NCBI GenBank assembly: GCA_963697335.1
Contig: CAVONQ010000016.1
Span: 1 to 64,000, forward strand
Length of the DNA: 64,000 nt
Reading direction: 5' to 3'
Source of the DNA: an uncultured cyanobacterium
Lineage (GTDB): Bacteria > Cyanobacteriota > Cyanobacteriia > PCC-6307 > Cyanobiaceae
Numbering within the stretch: position 1 is the first letter of the stretch; every line of letters starts with the position of its first letter. Shown here piece by piece: positions 27,571 to 38,561 of this stretch. The translations under genes and the position numbers were made by a program. The notes under the pieces are model-generated. The model was not told the origin of the DNA, made no database searches, and saw nothing but the letters and a program-made list of their open reading frames with translations.

Positions 27571-30060
27571 ATGCCCCAGAACCCCTCTGCCAGCCTTCAA
27601 CGGGACGCCTCCATCCAGTTGGAAATCGAGCCCACCGCCGCGCTGCTGGCCTGGGCCGAGGCGGTGGAGGCCGGCGAGGGCACCCTGTTCGAGAAGGCGC
27701 GGCTGCTGGCCACGCGGCTCGGGGCCCACGTGCGCCCCGACGGCCTGGTGGAGATCGGCTTCTGGACGCCAGAACTCTCTGGCGATGTGATCCAGCCGAA
27801 GAACATCCAGCTGGAAGTGTTCACCCCCCGCCAGACGATCGATCCCTCCCTGGCGGAGCAAACGGTGTGCTTCCACCGTGACTACGTGCAGCTCGAGAAA
27901 TGGGGTGACTACCACTGGGGCGTGCTCAGTGGCCTGCAGGCCGGCGATGCCACCACGATCGGTTCGCTCTACTGGCTGCGCTATCTCAGCCCCGACACCA
28001 ATGCCGTGACCGCCCTGGGGGATTGCCTCGGCAGCTCCTTCCCCTACGGCGTCTACGCCCCCGCCGAGATCTACGACCTGGAGGGTCTGCAGGCCCGTCG
28101 GGCCGATCGCGCCTACTACGACACCCTCATCGCCGATGAGCCCGTCACCATCCCGGCTCCCTGCAACATCCTGCAGCTGCATGTGCGCACGGCTTCACCC
28201 AACGGCTACCTCTCCGGGCTCACGGACCTCTACCGCAAGCTGGCCGCCAAACTGCGCTGTGGCGAGGAACTGACCCCCGCCGAAACCAACCTGATCGGCT
28301 ACGACGCGGTGCAGCTGTTGCCCACCGAGCCCACGGTGGAGGTGCGTTCCGGGCAAGGGGGTGACGACGACCACTTCAGCCTGCGGCCTGACGATGAGGA
28401 CGTGCTCGATCCCGAAACGGAGGGGATCGTGGTTGAGCCGGGGGATGTGCGGGTGCGGCTGCGGCGCCCTGACCTGCAGAACTGGGGCTACGACATCGTG
28501 ATCTTCGGCAGTGCCGCCACCAATCCGGCCCTGCTCGAAACCCTGCGGCCCGATGAGCTGGTGGCCTTCATCAGCGAACTGCACACCTTCCCCACCGGCC
28601 CGATCCGGGTGGTGTACGACCTGGTCTATGGCCACGCCGACAACCAGGCCATCGACCTGCTCAACGGCCGCTTTCTCAAGGGGCCGAACATGTATGGCCA
28701 GGATGTGAACCACCAGAACCCGGTGGTGCGGGCAATCCTGCTGGAGATGCAGCGCCGCAAGGTCAACACCGGCGCCGATGGCATCCGCATCGACGGTGGC
28801 CAGGATTTCAAGTACTTCGACCCGATCACCGGCCGGGTCGCCTACGACGATCCCTACCTGCTGAGCATGGGCGATCTGGTGCAGGAGATCGGCCCGGCGC
28901 GCTGGCGGCCCTTTGTGATCTATGAAGACGGCCGGCCCTGGCCGGCTGAGGGCTGGGAAGAGGTGTCCAGCTACCGCGACCTGGTGGAGCAGCGCCCCGA
29001 CGCCTTCCAGTGGGGCCCCATGATCTTTGCCCACAACACCCCGGCCCTGCATGGCTTCTGGGCCCGCAAGTGGCGGCGGGTCTGCGAAAAGATGCAGTTC
29101 GGGTCGCGCTGGGTCACCGGCTGCGGCAACCACGACACCCTGCGGCGCGGCACCCAGGTGGATCCCGGCGAGCCGATCAATCCCCACCTGGGCAGCACGC
29201 TGCCGGAGGTGCTGGCCAACGCCTACGACAACGGCGCGATCGGGGCCCTCACCTATGGCTTCGGTCCGGGCCTGCCCATGGATTTCATCCACTGCCTGAT
29301 GCGGGCGCCCTGGGGATTCTTCCGCAACACCGATGACCGCTTTGGCGTCAAGGTGGTGGCGGAGGAGGCCCCGGGTTTCCTTGACTGGCAGCTCACTGCC
29401 GAGCTTTACGCCACTGACGGGCTGTTCCAGGCGATCAAGCAGCTGGGCTTCGCTGAGCTGGCCCAGCTGCGCCAGTTCCTGGCCCTGCTGACGGACTCCA
29501 TCGCCGCCACCGACTACGACCTCGAGCAGATCGCCCTGGCCTGCCAGGCCGGGGTGCCCACCAGCGACGACGGCACCACGGCGGTGGTGGACGTGGCCTG
29601 GCTGAAGGGCTTTGCCCGTCACTTCATGGAAGACATGCATGCCGCCTGCAACATCTGGCTCCATGCCGATCGGGTGGATCCGGTGCAGGCCGGCTTCAAC
29701 CTGGCCCTGCGGCAATTCCGCCGTGCCCGGCCCTGGCTGGCCGAGAACCTGAGCAATGACGAGCGGCTGGACCTTCTCACCACGCCCTCCACCACGATCT
29801 TTTACGGGCTGCGGCGGGCGCCCGCCGGCGAACCCGCCGATGATGGTGAGGCGGCTCCTGAAGCTTCCACGGTGGCCCTGGTGGCCCATATGGGCGGTGC
29901 GGCGATGGCGCTGGGCCTGCCCGAGCTCTTCCCGGAGCAGCCTGGCCCCTGGCGGCTGCTGCTCGCCTCTCCCGGTCTGGAGCCGAGTGCCGTGCAGCTG
30001 GCCGGCCGGGAGCCGATCCTGTTCCAGGACAGCCAGGCGTTGCTCCTGGAACCCTGCTGA
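27571..30060 (+). CDS. gghA: Glucosylglycerol hydrolase (GH13-like)
   Basis: TRLGAH, NWGYD, DLVYGHADNQ, KGPNMYGQD, GIRIDGGQDF, EDGRPWP, NHDT.RRG. Confidence 0.85.
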   Translation: MPQNPSASLQRDASIQLEIEPTAALLAWAEAVEAGEGTLFEKARLLATRLGAHVRPDGLVEIGFWTPELSGDVIQPKNIQLEVFTPRQTIDPSLAEQTVCFHRDYVQLEKWGDYHWGVLSGLQAGDATTIGSLYWLRYLSPDTNAVTALGDCLGSSFPYGVYAPAEIYDLEGLQARRADRAYYDTLIADEPVTIPAPCNILQLHVRTASPNGYLSGLTDLYRKLAAKLRCGEELTPAETNLIGYDAVQLLPTEPTVEVRSGQGGDDDHFSLRPDDEDVLDPETEGIVVEPGDVRVRLRRPDLQNWGYDIVIFGSAATNPALLETLRPDELVAFISELHTFPTGPIRVVYDLVYGHADNQAIDLLNGRFLKGPNMYGQDVNHQNPVVRAILLEMQRRKVNTGADGIRIDGGQDFKYFDPITGRVAYDDPYLLSMGDLVQEIGPARWRPFVIYEDGRPWPAEGWEEVSSYRDLVEQRPDAFQWGPMIFAHNTPALHGFWARKWRRVCEKMQFGSRWVTGCGNHDTLRRGTQVDPGEPINPHLGSTLPEVLANAYDNGAIGALTYGFGPGLPMDFIHCLMRAPWGFFRNTDDRFGVKVVAEEAPGFLDWQLTAELYATDGLFQAIKQLGFAELAQLRQFLALLTDSIAATDYDLEQIALACQAGVPTSDDGTTAVVDVAWLKGFARHFMEDMHAACNIWLHADRVDPVQAGFNLALRQFRRARPWLAENLSNDERLDLLTTPSTTIFYGLRRAPAGEPADDGEAAPEASTVALVAHMGGAAMALGLPELFPEQPGPWRLLLASPGLEPSAVQLAGREPILFQDSQALLLEPC

Positions 30061-30069
30061 GCTAAGCCC

Positions 30070-30774
30070 TCAGGCGTGTTTCTCGAAGGCGATCAGCCGT
30101 GAGAAGTAGAAGGGGGCCTGGTTGAGGTTGCGGCGCACGGGGCTGAAGCCGGCTTCAGCGGCGGCCTTGACGATGCCCTCCTCCCTCAGGGTGTAGGCCC
30201 GGGTGGTCTTGCTGGGACCGGGAAACAGCTGGCCGATGCCCTTGAGCAGGGCCAGCAGGGGGGTGTAGGGGGCGAAGCTCACGATCAGGTGTTTCTCGGC
30301 CATGGCGGCCAGGTGGCGCACCATCGCCTCGGCGGCGGCCTGGGGGTAGTGGATGAACACATCCAGGCAGATCACCGTGTCGTAGCGCCCCGTGAGGCTC
30401 TCCAGGTCGGAGGCGTGGAACTGCAACTGGCTGGTGGTGAGGCCGGCGGCGGCGGCGCGGCGGGCGGCTTCGGCCACCATGGCCTCGGAGAGGTCGCTGG
30501 CGGCAATGCTGCCGGCACCGAGCCCGGCCAGGGGCAGGCTGAGGCTGCCCACGCCGCAGCCGGCATCGCAGAAGCTGCGGCTGGGCAGGTCGCCCTGCTC
30601 CTGCAGCCAGGCCAGCACGTTGTCCACCGTTTTCTGGTGCCCCAGGCGGATGTTCCGCTGCACCTTGTTGACCTCTTCGCTGTCGCTGTAGATCCGGTTC
30701 CAGCGCTCGAAGCCCGTGGTTTCGAAGTAGCCCTTCACCTCGTCCTTCTCAGCAGCCGTGGACTCAGCAGGCAT
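30070..30774 (-). CDS. chlM: Mg-protoporphyrin IX methyltransferase
   Basis: YFETTGFERW..IY, CDAGCGVGSL, CLDVFIHYP, FPGPSKTTRAY. Confidence 0.96.
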   Translation of the reverse strand: MPAESTAAEKDEVKGYFETTGFERWNRIYSDSEEVNKVQRNIRLGHQKTVDNVLAWLQEQGDLPSRSFCDAGCGVGSLSLPLAGLGAGSIAASDLSEAMVAEAARRAAAAGLTTSQLQFHASDLESLTGRYDTVICLDVFIHYPQAAAEAMVRHLAAMAEKHLIVSFAPYTPLLALLKGIGQLFPGPSKTTRAYTLREEGIVKAAAEAGFSPVRRNLNQAPFYFSRLIAFEKHA

Positions 30775-30839
30775 CGGGGCAGCAGAAAGGTGGCCTGGAT
30801 CCTAAGGAGCGGCCCCGGGCCCCGCCGCTGCCTGGCTGC

Positions 30840-31997
30840 TCAGGCGGAGCGCCGCCAGCCCAGGCTTCCCCCCTCCTCCCAGCTCCAGCGCAGGGTCTCT
30901 GCCAGGGGTGAGCCCACCAGCAGGGCGGCGACGTCGCGCCCCTCCCCGAGCACCCGCCGGGGCGAGACCGTGGCCGCGGCGATCGCCTGTTCCGCAGCCA
31001 CTCCCCAGCCCACCAGCCGCCGCACCCCTTCCAGCAGGGGCAGGGTCACCCCGGCGAGGGTGCCGTCCTCCAGGCGGCAGCAGCCGTTCTGCACCAGCAG
31101 CACCCGCTCATCCCAGCGGTGGCGACCCTCCTCCAGGCCGTAGGGGGCCAGGGCATCGCTCACCAGCACCAGTTGCTCGGGGGCCAGGCGCTGCAGCAGC
31201 AGCGCCATCGACGGGGCCACGTGCACCCCATCGGCGATCAGCCCCAGCGCCACGCCGCCATCGAGCACGGCGGCGGCGATCGGGCCAGGGTTGCGGTGCT
31301 GCAGGCCCGCCATGGCGTTGAAGGTGTGGGTCACCATGCCCACGCCGGCCTCAAACGCCTCGGCCGCCTGGCGTTCATCGGCGCTGCTGTGGCCCAGGCT
31401 CACGACGATCCCGGCCGCGCGCAGGGCCTCGATCACGGCGCCGGCGCCCTCCAGCTCCGGGGCCAGGGTCATCAGGTCGATCTGGTCCTCAAAGCCGCCG
31501 ATGCGCGCCGCCAGGGCCTCCAGGCTGGGGGCCACCAGGTGCTGCTGGGGGTGGGCGCCCCGCCGGGCCGGGTGCAGGAAGGGCCCCTCCAGATGGGCGC
31601 CGAGCAGCTGGCAGCGACCGTCACGGTGTTGCCGGCGGGCCCCATCCAGCACGGCCAGGGCCTGGCGCAGGGCGGCGGTGTCGCAGGTCACGATGGTGGG
31701 GCTGATCGCCTCCACCCCATCGCGCCACAGCAGCTCCAGCAGCTCCAGCAGCCGGGGCAGATCCGCAGGCGTGAGTTCAGGAAAGGCGAGGCCCAGGCCG
31801 CCGTTGATCTGCAGGTCCACCCCCGCCGGGCTCAGCCAGTCGCCCTGCCAGTCGTCGCCGGCCACGCTGCTGCCAGGGTCAATGGGCTCCAGCACCTCGA
31901 TCCAGCCGTCGGCGTCGAGCCCGAGGCGCCAGAGCTGGTCTCGGCCGTGGCTGCAGCGGCGAGCCCGGGGCAGGCGGACGTTGCGGATCCAGCGCAT
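30840..31997 (-). CDS. nagA: N-acetylglucosamine-6-phosphate deacetylase
   Basis: [39 protein letters not shown]. Confidence 0.92.
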   Translation of the reverse strand: MRWIRNVRLPRARRCSHGRDQLWRLGLDADGWIEVLEPIDPGSSVAGDDWQGDWLSPAGVDLQINGGLGLAFPELTPADLPRLLELLELLWRDGVEAISPTIVTCDTAALRQALAVLDGARRQHRDGRCQLLGAHLEGPFLHPARRGAHPQQHLVAPSLEALAARIGGFEDQIDLMTLAPELEGAGAVIEALRAAGIVVSLGHSSADERQAAEAFEAGVGMVTHTFNAMAGLQHRNPGPIAAAVLDGGVALGLIADGVHVAPSMALLLQRLAPEQLVLVSDALAPYGLEEGRHRWDERVLLVQNGCCRLEDGTLAGVTLPLLEGVRRLVGWGVAAEQAIAAATVSPRRVLGEGRDVAALLVGSPLAETLRWSWEEGGSLGWRRSA

Positions 31998-32041
31998 CGC
32001 AGCGGCACAAGGGAGAATGCGCCCATCCTGCGCCCGCCCCC

Positions 32042-32578
32042 TTGAGCGACCGTTCCGGCTCCGAACCCCGCGTGGCCGTGGTGATGGGCAGCGACTCCGA
32101 TCTGCCCACCATGCAGCCCGCGGTGGCGATGCTGGAGCGCTTCGGCGTGGCGGCCGAGGTGCGGGTGCTCTCCGCCCACCGGACTCCCCTGGAGATGGTG
32201 TCCTTTGCGCAGCAGGCCGCAGGTCGCGGGCTCAAGGTGATCATCGCCGGCGCCGGAGGGGCGGCCCATCTGCCCGGCATGGTGGCGGCGCTCACCACCC
32301 TGCCGGTGATCGGCGTGCCGGTGCAGAGCCGTGCCCTCTCGGGGGTGGATTCGCTGCACTCCATCGTGCAGATGCCGGCCGGCATCCCGGTGGCCACCGT
32401 GGCGATCGGCAATGGCACCAACGCCGGCCTGCTGGCCGTGCAGATCCTGGCCACGGCCGATGGCCAGCTGGCTGAGGCCCTGCTGGCCTACCGCGCTGAA
32501 CTGCACGACCAGGTGCGGGCCAAGGATGAACGCCTCGGCCAGCTGGGCAGCGAGGCCTACCTGGCCCAGATGGATTGA
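32042..32578 (+). CDS. purE: N5-CAIR mutase
   Basis: [37 protein letters not shown]. Confidence 0.97.
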   Translation: MSDRSGSEPRVAVVMGSDSDLPTMQPAVAMLERFGVAAEVRVLSAHRTPLEMVSFAQQAAGRGLKVIIAGAGGAAHLPGMVAALTTLPVIGVPVQSRALSGVDSLHSIVQMPAGIPVATVAIGNGTNAGLLAVQILATADGQLAEALLAYRAELHDQVRAKDERLGQLGSEAYLAQMD

Positions 32579-32611
32579 CGCGTTTCTCCCCCTCACCCCG
32601 ATCACCCCGCG

Positions 32612-33703
32612 ATGCTTGAGCGTCTGGAGCTGCCCCCCTGGTTGAAGGCCGGCCTGGTGCTGCCCCTGCTCGTGCTCAACCTCTGGGTGCTGCGCCAGTT
32701 GCTGGTGCCGCTGGCGCCGTTTCCAGCCCTGTTCCTCACGGCCGCCCTGATCGCGTTCCTGCTGGATATTCCCAGTCGCTGGCTACGCCAACGGGGCTTG
32801 CCTCGCCCCCTGGCCATGGTGCTGGTGCTTGGGCTGGCGCTGGGATTGCTGGCCCTGGCGCTCCTGTGGCTGGTGCCTCGACTGATCGATCAGCTGGCGG
32901 AACTGATCGCTGCGCTGCCGGGCTGGCTGGCCCAGGGGGAAGTGTGGCTCGATGCGCTGGAGGGCTGGGCTCAGGAGCAGGGGATCCCCACGGATTTCGG
33001 CAACCTCAGCAGTGAACTCCTGACCCGCTTCAGCAAGTTGGCCAGTCAACTGAGCCAACGGCTGCTTGGCCTGCTCGGGGCGACCGTTGGTCTCACCGTG
33101 AACACGGTGATCGTGCTGGTGCTGGCGGTGTTTCTGCTGCTCGGCGGCGGGCCGATCAGCGCTGGCCTGGCCCAGTGGCTGCCGGTGGGCGTCCGATCCC
33201 TGGTGGTGGACACGCTCAGCCGCACCTTCCGGGGCTATTTCGCCGGTCAGGTGGTGCTGGCGACGATCCTGAGCGTGCTGCAGATCGTGGTGTTCACCTT
33301 GTTGGCGATCCCCTACGGGGTGCTGTTCGCGGTGGCGATCGGCTTCACCACCCTGGTTCCCTATGCCAGCGCCCTCACGATCGTGCTGGTGAGCGGCCTG
33401 GTGGCGCTGAACGACCCCCGCACCGGCCTGGAGGTGCTGGCGGTGGCCATCGCCGTGGGCCAGGTGGTGGATCAGGTGATCCAGCCGCGCCTGATGGGCA
33501 GCATCGTGGGTCTGCAGCCCGCCTGGCTGCTGATCTGCCTGCCGTTGGGGGCGCGGCTGGGCAGCCTGTTGGGCCTGGGGGAGCTGCTCGGTCTGCTGCT
33601 GGCCGTGCCGGTGGCGAGTTGCACCAAGACGTTTCTCGACGTCAGCCTGGGCGGCAGCTCACGGAGAGCCGTGAACGCCAAGGCATCAGGCCTGGCGAGC
33701 TGA
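32612..33703 (+). CDS. AI-2E family transporter
   Basis: Multi-TM; RGYFAGQ, LVPY, DQVIQPRLMG. Confidence 0.85.
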   Translation: MLERLELPPWLKAGLVLPLLVLNLWVLRQLLVPLAPFPALFLTAALIAFLLDIPSRWLRQRGLPRPLAMVLVLGLALGLLALALLWLVPRLIDQLAELIAALPGWLAQGEVWLDALEGWAQEQGIPTDFGNLSSELLTRFSKLASQLSQRLLGLLGATVGLTVNTVIVLVLAVFLLLGGGPISAGLAQWLPVGVRSLVVDTLSRTFRGYFAGQVVLATILSVLQIVVFTLLAIPYGVLFAVAIGFTTLVPYASALTIVLVSGLVALNDPRTGLEVLAVAIAVGQVVDQVIQPRLMGSIVGLQPAWLLICLPLGARLGSLLGLGELLGLLLAVPVASCTKTFLDVSLGGSSRRAVNAKASGLAS

Positions 33704-33724
33704 ACGCCAGGCTCAGCTGTCTCG

Positions 33725-34020
33725 GCAATCTCGTCGAGACCGCGCCGAGCTTTCCAGCCCAGAACGGCCTCCGCTCGGCCAGGGTCTGCAATCGACACCG
33801 CCACGTCACCAGGGCGGCGGTTGGCGACTGTATGGGAAATGGGGCGGCACTCACCCGTTCCAGACAGCGGATCAGCTCGAAGACGGAACAGCCTCGGCCC
33901 GTACCGAGATTCAGCTGAAGCAGTCGTTCGTCGCCGCTCAGAAGGGCATTGATCGCCAAGGCATGACCCTCAGCGAGGTCCAGAACATGAATGAAATCGC
34001 GAACTCCCGATCCATCGTGG
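33725..34020 (-). pseudogene. galE: C-terminal remnant of UDP-glucose 4-epimerase, frameshifted
   Basis: DGSGVRDFIHVLDLAEGH...NLGTGRGCSVFEL, then a shifted frame RRPGDVAVSIADP..AEAVLGWKARRGLDEI; N-terminal Rossmann half absent. Confidence 0.85.
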
Positions 34021-34040
34021 GCAGTCGTGCCACTCCCTGC

Positions 34041-34700
34041 TCAGCTGGCGGCGGGAATGATGCCGTTGGCATCGAGGAAGCTGAGCACCTGGGCCACGCA
34101 GCCCTCCAGGTCCCCATGGCCCGTGTCCACCCTCAGCTCAGGGGATTCGGGGGCTTCGTAGGGGCTAGAGATCCCGGTGAACTCCTTGATCACACCGGCG
34201 CGGGCCTTGGCGTAGAGGCCCTTGGTGTCGCGTTCCTCGCAGACGCTGAGGTCTGCGGCGCAGTGAATTTCGATGAAATCACCATCGGGCACCAGGGCCC
34301 GCACCCGCTCGCGGTCGGCCTGGAAGGGAGACACGAAGGCGGTGAGTACCACCACGCCGGCATCGAGAAAGAGCTTGGCCACCTCGCCGATCCGGCGGAT
34401 GTTCTCCACCCGGTCGGCATCCGAGAAGCCGAGGTCGTTGCAGAGGCCATGGCGGATGTTGTCACCGTCGAGCACGTAGCAGGCCAGTCCCTGCTCAAAC
34501 AGGGCTGAGTTCACCGCATTGGCGAGGGTGCTCTTGCCGGAGCCGCTCAGCCCGGTGAACCAGAGGATGGCGCTGCGATGGCCGCGCTGGTGGGCCCTGG
34601 ACTCCCTCGTCACCGTGGAGTGATGCCACACGATGTTGGTCGACTTGCCCTGGTCGGTGAGGGTGCCGTAGGCGGGGTTGGGAGCGGGAGCAGCGGCCAT
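34041..34700 (-). CDS. cysC: Adenylyl-sulfate kinase
   Basis: [35 protein letters not shown]. Confidence 0.96.
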   Translation of the reverse strand: MAAAPAPNPAYGTLTDQGKSTNIVWHHSTVTRESRAHQRGHRSAILWFTGLSGSGKSTLANAVNSALFEQGLACYVLDGDNIRHGLCNDLGFSDADRVENIRRIGEVAKLFLDAGVVVLTAFVSPFQADRERVRALVPDGDFIEIHCAADLSVCEERDTKGLYAKARAGVIKEFTGISSPYEAPESPELRVDTGHGDLEGCVAQVLSFLDANGIIPAAS

Positions 34701-35099
34701 CGCGATCGAGAGGGGCATAGGGGGTGTTGGTGGCCATTCTTTCAGCTCCGCACCCGGGCCGCAGCGGGCCTGGGCCCACAAGGCGCAGTGACCTGAGGCC
34801 ATGGCGCCACCGAGGGAAGCGGCGATGCTGGGCAAGCTGTCGTCCCTGACCGCAGCCTGCTTTGGAACAGCGGCATGGGCTGATCATCGGGCCCTCTGCC
34901 CTGCGCTGGCGGCTCGGGCACTGACCCGATGGCTTCTCCCTGATCAGGTTCGGCTTGTTGTCATGCCGCTCGGCGTTGTGATGAGTGGTAGGGCAATGGA
35001 TCTGGCCCGCTCTGGTGCGCGCGATCACGTTTGGTTCTGCTGGCTTGATGCGAGCTTCTGGCATGCCTACGTTCAAGTCAGAAGATCCGGCAGTGAACC

Positions 35100-35471
35100 A
35101 TGTCCCCTAACCCCATCACCTGGTTCGAGCTCAATGTTTCCGACATGGAGCGCGCCAAGGCCTTCTACACGGCTGTGTTCCAGGTGAGCTTTGAAGACTT
35201 CTCCACGCCGGGGATGGCCTACTGGTGCTTCCCGATGCAGGACGACCAGGTGGGAGCCGGCGGAGCGTTGATGCAGATGCAGGGTTGCGAGCCCGGCAAG
35301 GGCGGCACCATGGTGTACTTCACCTGCCAGGACTGTGCCGTTGAAGAGGGTCGGGTAGGTCCAGCCGGTGGCACGGTCTTGCGTCCCAAAATGGCGATCG
35401 GAGCCTTCGGCTTCATCTCGGTGGTGATCGACACCGAAGGCAATCCGATCGGGCTGCATTCCCTGGCCTGA
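35100..35471 (+). CDS. VOC/glyoxalase family protein
   Basis: ITWFEL.V.DMERAKAFY..VF, GTMVYF, DTEGNPIGLHS. Confidence 0.9.
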   Translation: MSPNPITWFELNVSDMERAKAFYTAVFQVSFEDFSTPGMAYWCFPMQDDQVGAGGALMQMQGCEPGKGGTMVYFTCQDCAVEEGRVGPAGGTVLRPKMAIGAFGFISVVIDTEGNPIGLHSLA

Positions 35472-35489
35472 GCGGCTGCTCCAGAGGGC

Positions 35490-36476
35490 TCAGGTTTCCA
35501 GGCTGATCACCACATTGCCCCGCTTGTGGCCGGTGTCCACGTAACGATGCGCCTCGGGGAGCTGCTCGAAGGGGTAGCAGCGGCCGATCACGGGCCGAAA
35601 GGCCCCTGCTTCAGCCAGCTCCGCCAGATGCTCCAGGTCGCCTGGCTTGACGCTGGCCGGCCCGGCGATCACGCGCTTGTCCGTGGTGAGGTTCTGCCAG
35701 CTGCTCCGAAGCATGGCGGGGAGGCTCGCTACCACCAGCAGCAGGCGCCCACCTGGGCGCAACGAGGCCTGGCAGCGGGAGAAGGAAGCCGTGCCCACGG
35801 CATCGAGGATCACGTCGTAGGTCTGGCCGTTGCGGGCAAAGTCTTCGCGGCTGTAATCGATCACCTGGTGGGCCCCGAGGTGGCGCACCAGCTCCAGATT
35901 GGCGGTGCTGCACACGCCCGTGACCTCGGCACCCAGGTGGCAGGCAAGCTGGACGGCGGCGCTGCCGACCCCCCCGGAGGCGCCATGGATCAACACCCGC
36001 TCGCCTCGTTTCAGGTTGGCCCGGCGCAGGAAATCCAGGGCCGTGGTGCCGCCGAAGGAGAGGGCGGCGGCCTCCTCAAAGCTGAGGCCGCTGGGCTTGC
36101 GCACCACGCCACCGTCTTCCGGCAGGCAGCGATAGGCCGCATGGCATCCCAGGCCAAGATCGCTGAACGCGAACACCGCCTCACCCACCTGGAAGCGGGT
36201 CACGTCCTGACCGATCGCCGCCACCACTCCCGCCAGTTCCGACCCGAGGATCGGTTGGCGTGGACGCCTCAGCCCCGCCACCAGGCGGATGATCAGGCCA
36301 AACCCGGCCGGTACCTCCAGGCTGCGCATGCGCCAGTCCCCGGAGGTGACCGTGGTGGCATGGGTCTTGATCAGTACCTCATGGGCCCGGGGAACAGGCT
36401 GATCGATCTCCTCCAGCCGGAGCACATCGGCAGAGCCGTAGTGGTGATACAGGAAGGCTTTCATGGCTTGGCTCAA
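35490..36476 (-). CDS. NAD(P)-dependent MDR oxidoreductase (quinone oxidoreductase-like)
   Basis: YGSADVL, GSELAGVV, GASGGVGSAAVQLA, HKRGNVV. Confidence 0.9.
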   Translation of the reverse strand: MSQAMKAFLYHHYGSADVLRLEEIDQPVPRAHEVLIKTHATTVTSGDWRMRSLEVPAGFGLIIRLVAGLRRPRQPILGSELAGVVAAIGQDVTRFQVGEAVFAFSDLGLGCHAAYRCLPEDGGVVRKPSGLSFEEAAALSFGGTTALDFLRRANLKRGERVLIHGASGGVGSAAVQLACHLGAEVTGVCSTANLELVRHLGAHQVIDYSREDFARNGQTYDVILDAVGTASFSRCQASLRPGGRLLLVVASLPAMLRSSWQNLTTDKRVIAGPASVKPGDLEHLAELAEAGAFRPVIGRCYPFEQLPEAHRYVDTGHKRGNVVISLET

Positions 36477-37168
36477 GGGGTGGGGTGGCTGGGCACCTGG
36501 GTCGGCACGATCAGCACGCCGCTGCTGACCTCGCCATAGACACGGCAGGGCCCACCCCTGGCGGCCTGGTCGGCGGCGAGGGCGCAGAGGGCGGCATCGA
36601 TCCAGTCGATGCTGGAGAGCTGATCACAGGCCACCCCGCACAACGCCAGCAGGGCCCGCCGCTCGAGCCGCTTCCGCGACGCTGCAGCCGGCTCCAAGCC
36701 GAGGGTTCGATGCAGCTGGCACGTGATTGCATGGGGAAAGGTTTCGAAGCAGCAGCGCTGGCCTGGGCTGGGCAGGCCACTGGCCAGGGGATGGCTGGGC
36801 TCCAGGGCCCGGTAGAGGGCCTCGCCCCGCAGCATCCAGCCGTAGTAGTTGCTGGGGTGCTCCAGGGCCCGCTCGCGGCTGGGGCTGGCGAAGCACTGGA
36901 TGCCCTCGGCCATCAGCTCCCGTTCGGCCGGACGGGCGCGGCCATCGGTGCTCCAGCGGCAGGGGGCATCCACGCCGATCACCCCGGCGCCGAGGCAGCG
37001 GCACCACTGGGCCAGCTCGGTGGCGTCGGTGGTGGAGCGGCGGCCCTGCAGGGCACCGCCCCGCAGAGCCACGGCGTGGAAGCCCTTGCGCTCGCCGCCC
37101 ACGTCGACCCCCACCACGCAGAGGCTGCCGGTTTCTGAGGAGGTCTGCTGTGGATCCGGGGCTGCCAT
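36473..37168 (-). CDS. DUF429 family predicted RNase H-like nuclease
   Basis: VVGVDVG, IGVDAP, R.AEREL, FETFPH, DWIDAALCA. Confidence 0.8.
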   Translation of the reverse strand: MAAPDPQQTSSETGSLCVVGVDVGGERKGFHAVALRGGALQGRRSTTDATELAQWCRCLGAGVIGVDAPCRWSTDGRARPAERELMAEGIQCFASPSRERALEHPSNYYGWMLRGEALYRALEPSHPLASGLPSPGQRCCFETFPHAITCQLHRTLGLEPAAASRKRLERRALLALCGVACDQLSSIDWIDAALCALAADQAARGGPCRVYGEVSSGVLIVPTQVPSHPTP

Positions 37169-37300
37169 GGCCCAAGACTGCCAGCGCCATGGCAGTCCGC
37201 TGCCGCAGGCCCGTGTGTGCGGCGACACCGTGGCGCCGCCATCCAGGCAGCAGCCAGGGCGGAGCACCCCGCCCAGGGTGACTGGGCATGAGGCCTGCCC

Positions 37301-37486
37301 ATGGTCAACCTTGCTCCCGCGCCGCTTCCGGTGGTGCTCACCCCGCCGATCGACCTGCCCCCCTGGCCTGCCAGCGGGCCCTGCTGCAGCCTGGAAGCCC
37401 GCGCCTTTGCGCTCGAGTCGTTCACGATCCCCATCCCCGCCGGCGAGCCGTCCCCCAGCTGGCTGGAGTTGCTGGGTCAGCGCTGA
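37301..37486 (+). CDS. Small hypothetical protein
   Basis: 61-aa ORF with ATG; no recognisable motif. Confidence 0.25.
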   Translation: MVNLAPAPLPVVLTPPIDLPPWPASGPCCSLEARAFALESFTIPIPAGEPSPSWLELLGQR

Positions 37487-38561
37487 CGCCCCGGCACTGG
37501 CGGGCCACGAACGGGCTGGTCATGGCGCGCAACAGGGCGCTGTAGCTGGGGCGAAAGCCGATCTCCTCACCCACCCTCAGGGGACGATCGGCCTCCAGCA
37601 CGAGATGGTCGCTGCTGGCCCCCAGGATCGAGATACCGGGGGGAGGGTCCAGCCCGGCCGGATCGGCATCCTGGTGGCCGAGGGCCACCAGGGCGCGCTG
37701 CTGGGGGCCGCGGTCCGGGGGCAGGGGGGGCGGCTGGGTGCTGCCCTCGGGGCTGAAGCTGGTGAGGCCGCGGCGGCCCCAGGCCCGGCTGGGCTTGGTC
37801 TTCACTTCGATCAGCTCGCCCACCAGGCGGAAGGCGTCGGTGTGGAGGCCGGGGATGGGACGGCGCCCCAGGGGTTCCTGGCCCAGCAGCAGAGCCTCCC
37901 CCAGACGCAGATGGTTGATGCGGCCAGGATCACCGCCCCCGGCGAGCCAGGGAAGGTTGGCGGAGTTGCCCCCTGAGATCAGCTCCAGATGGATGTGGAA
38001 GCGGGCCTCCAGGGCCTCGGCCAGGGCCGAGAGCTCCGCCATGTTGGTGGCATCGGCAGCCACCCCGTGCTGGCAGCCCAGGTTGGCGCCGATCCCCACC
38101 AGCCGCAGCCAGGGCAGCCCCAGGGTGAGCGCCGCGATCCCCGGGAGGTCCTGGGGCAGGATCCCCTCGCGCAGATCGCCGAGTTCCACCATCAGCAGCA
38201 CGCCGTGCCGGCGCCCCTGGCGCTCGGCCGCCGCCGCCAGGGCCTCCAGCACCAACGCTTCGCTGTTGCAGCTGATGTTGACCACGGCCACCACCCGCTC
38301 CACCTGGCTGAGCATGGGCGTGCGCACCAGCAGCATCGGGGCCGTGATGCCGCTGCGCACCAGGCGTTCGATCGTGTCGAGGCGCGCGTCGCCGATCGAG
38401 CCCACCCCCGCGGCCAGCCAGGTGCTCACAATCTCAGGCAGTCCGAGCACGGCCTTGCCCACGGCTGTGATCGATATCCCCTGGCGGGCCAGGCGAGTCA
38501 CCAGGGTGGCGGCATTGTGGTGGAGGCGGCCGAGATCGATCTCGAGCCGCGGGACGCTCAC
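37422..38561 (-). CDS. Alanine/ornithine racemase family PLP-dependent enzyme
   Basis: PRLEIDL..L.HNA, AVGK (PLP Lys), MVELGDLREGI, ISGGNS, LRLGEALLLG, GASSDHL. Confidence 0.88.
   Translation of the reverse strand: MSVPRLEIDLGRLHHNAATLVTRLARQGISITAVGKAVLGLPEIVSTWLAAGVGSIGDARLDTIERLVRSGITAPMLLVRTPMLSQVERVVAVVNISCNSEALVLEALAAAAERQGRRHGVLLMVELGDLREGILPQDLPGIAALTLGLPWLRLVGIGANLGCQHGVAADATNMAELSALAEALEARFHIHLELISGGNSANLPWLAGGGDPGRINHLRLGEALLLGQEPLGRRPIPGLHTDAFRLVGELIEVKTKPSRAWGRRGLTSFSPEGSTQPPPLPPDRGPQQRALVALGHQDADPAGLDPPPGISILGASSDHLVLEADRPLRVGEEIGFRPSYSALLRAMTSPFVARQCRGVSADPATPASWGTARRRGWGS

Noticed and set aside
25621..28182. 853-aa minus-strand ORF and similar long shadows (12770-14431, 59170-61116, 61232-63241)
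   Set aside because: Antisense to well-supported genes, with no motifs of their own.
34801..35187. ORFs between cysC and the VOC gene
   Set aside because: No recognisable family on either strand, and they overlap real genes.
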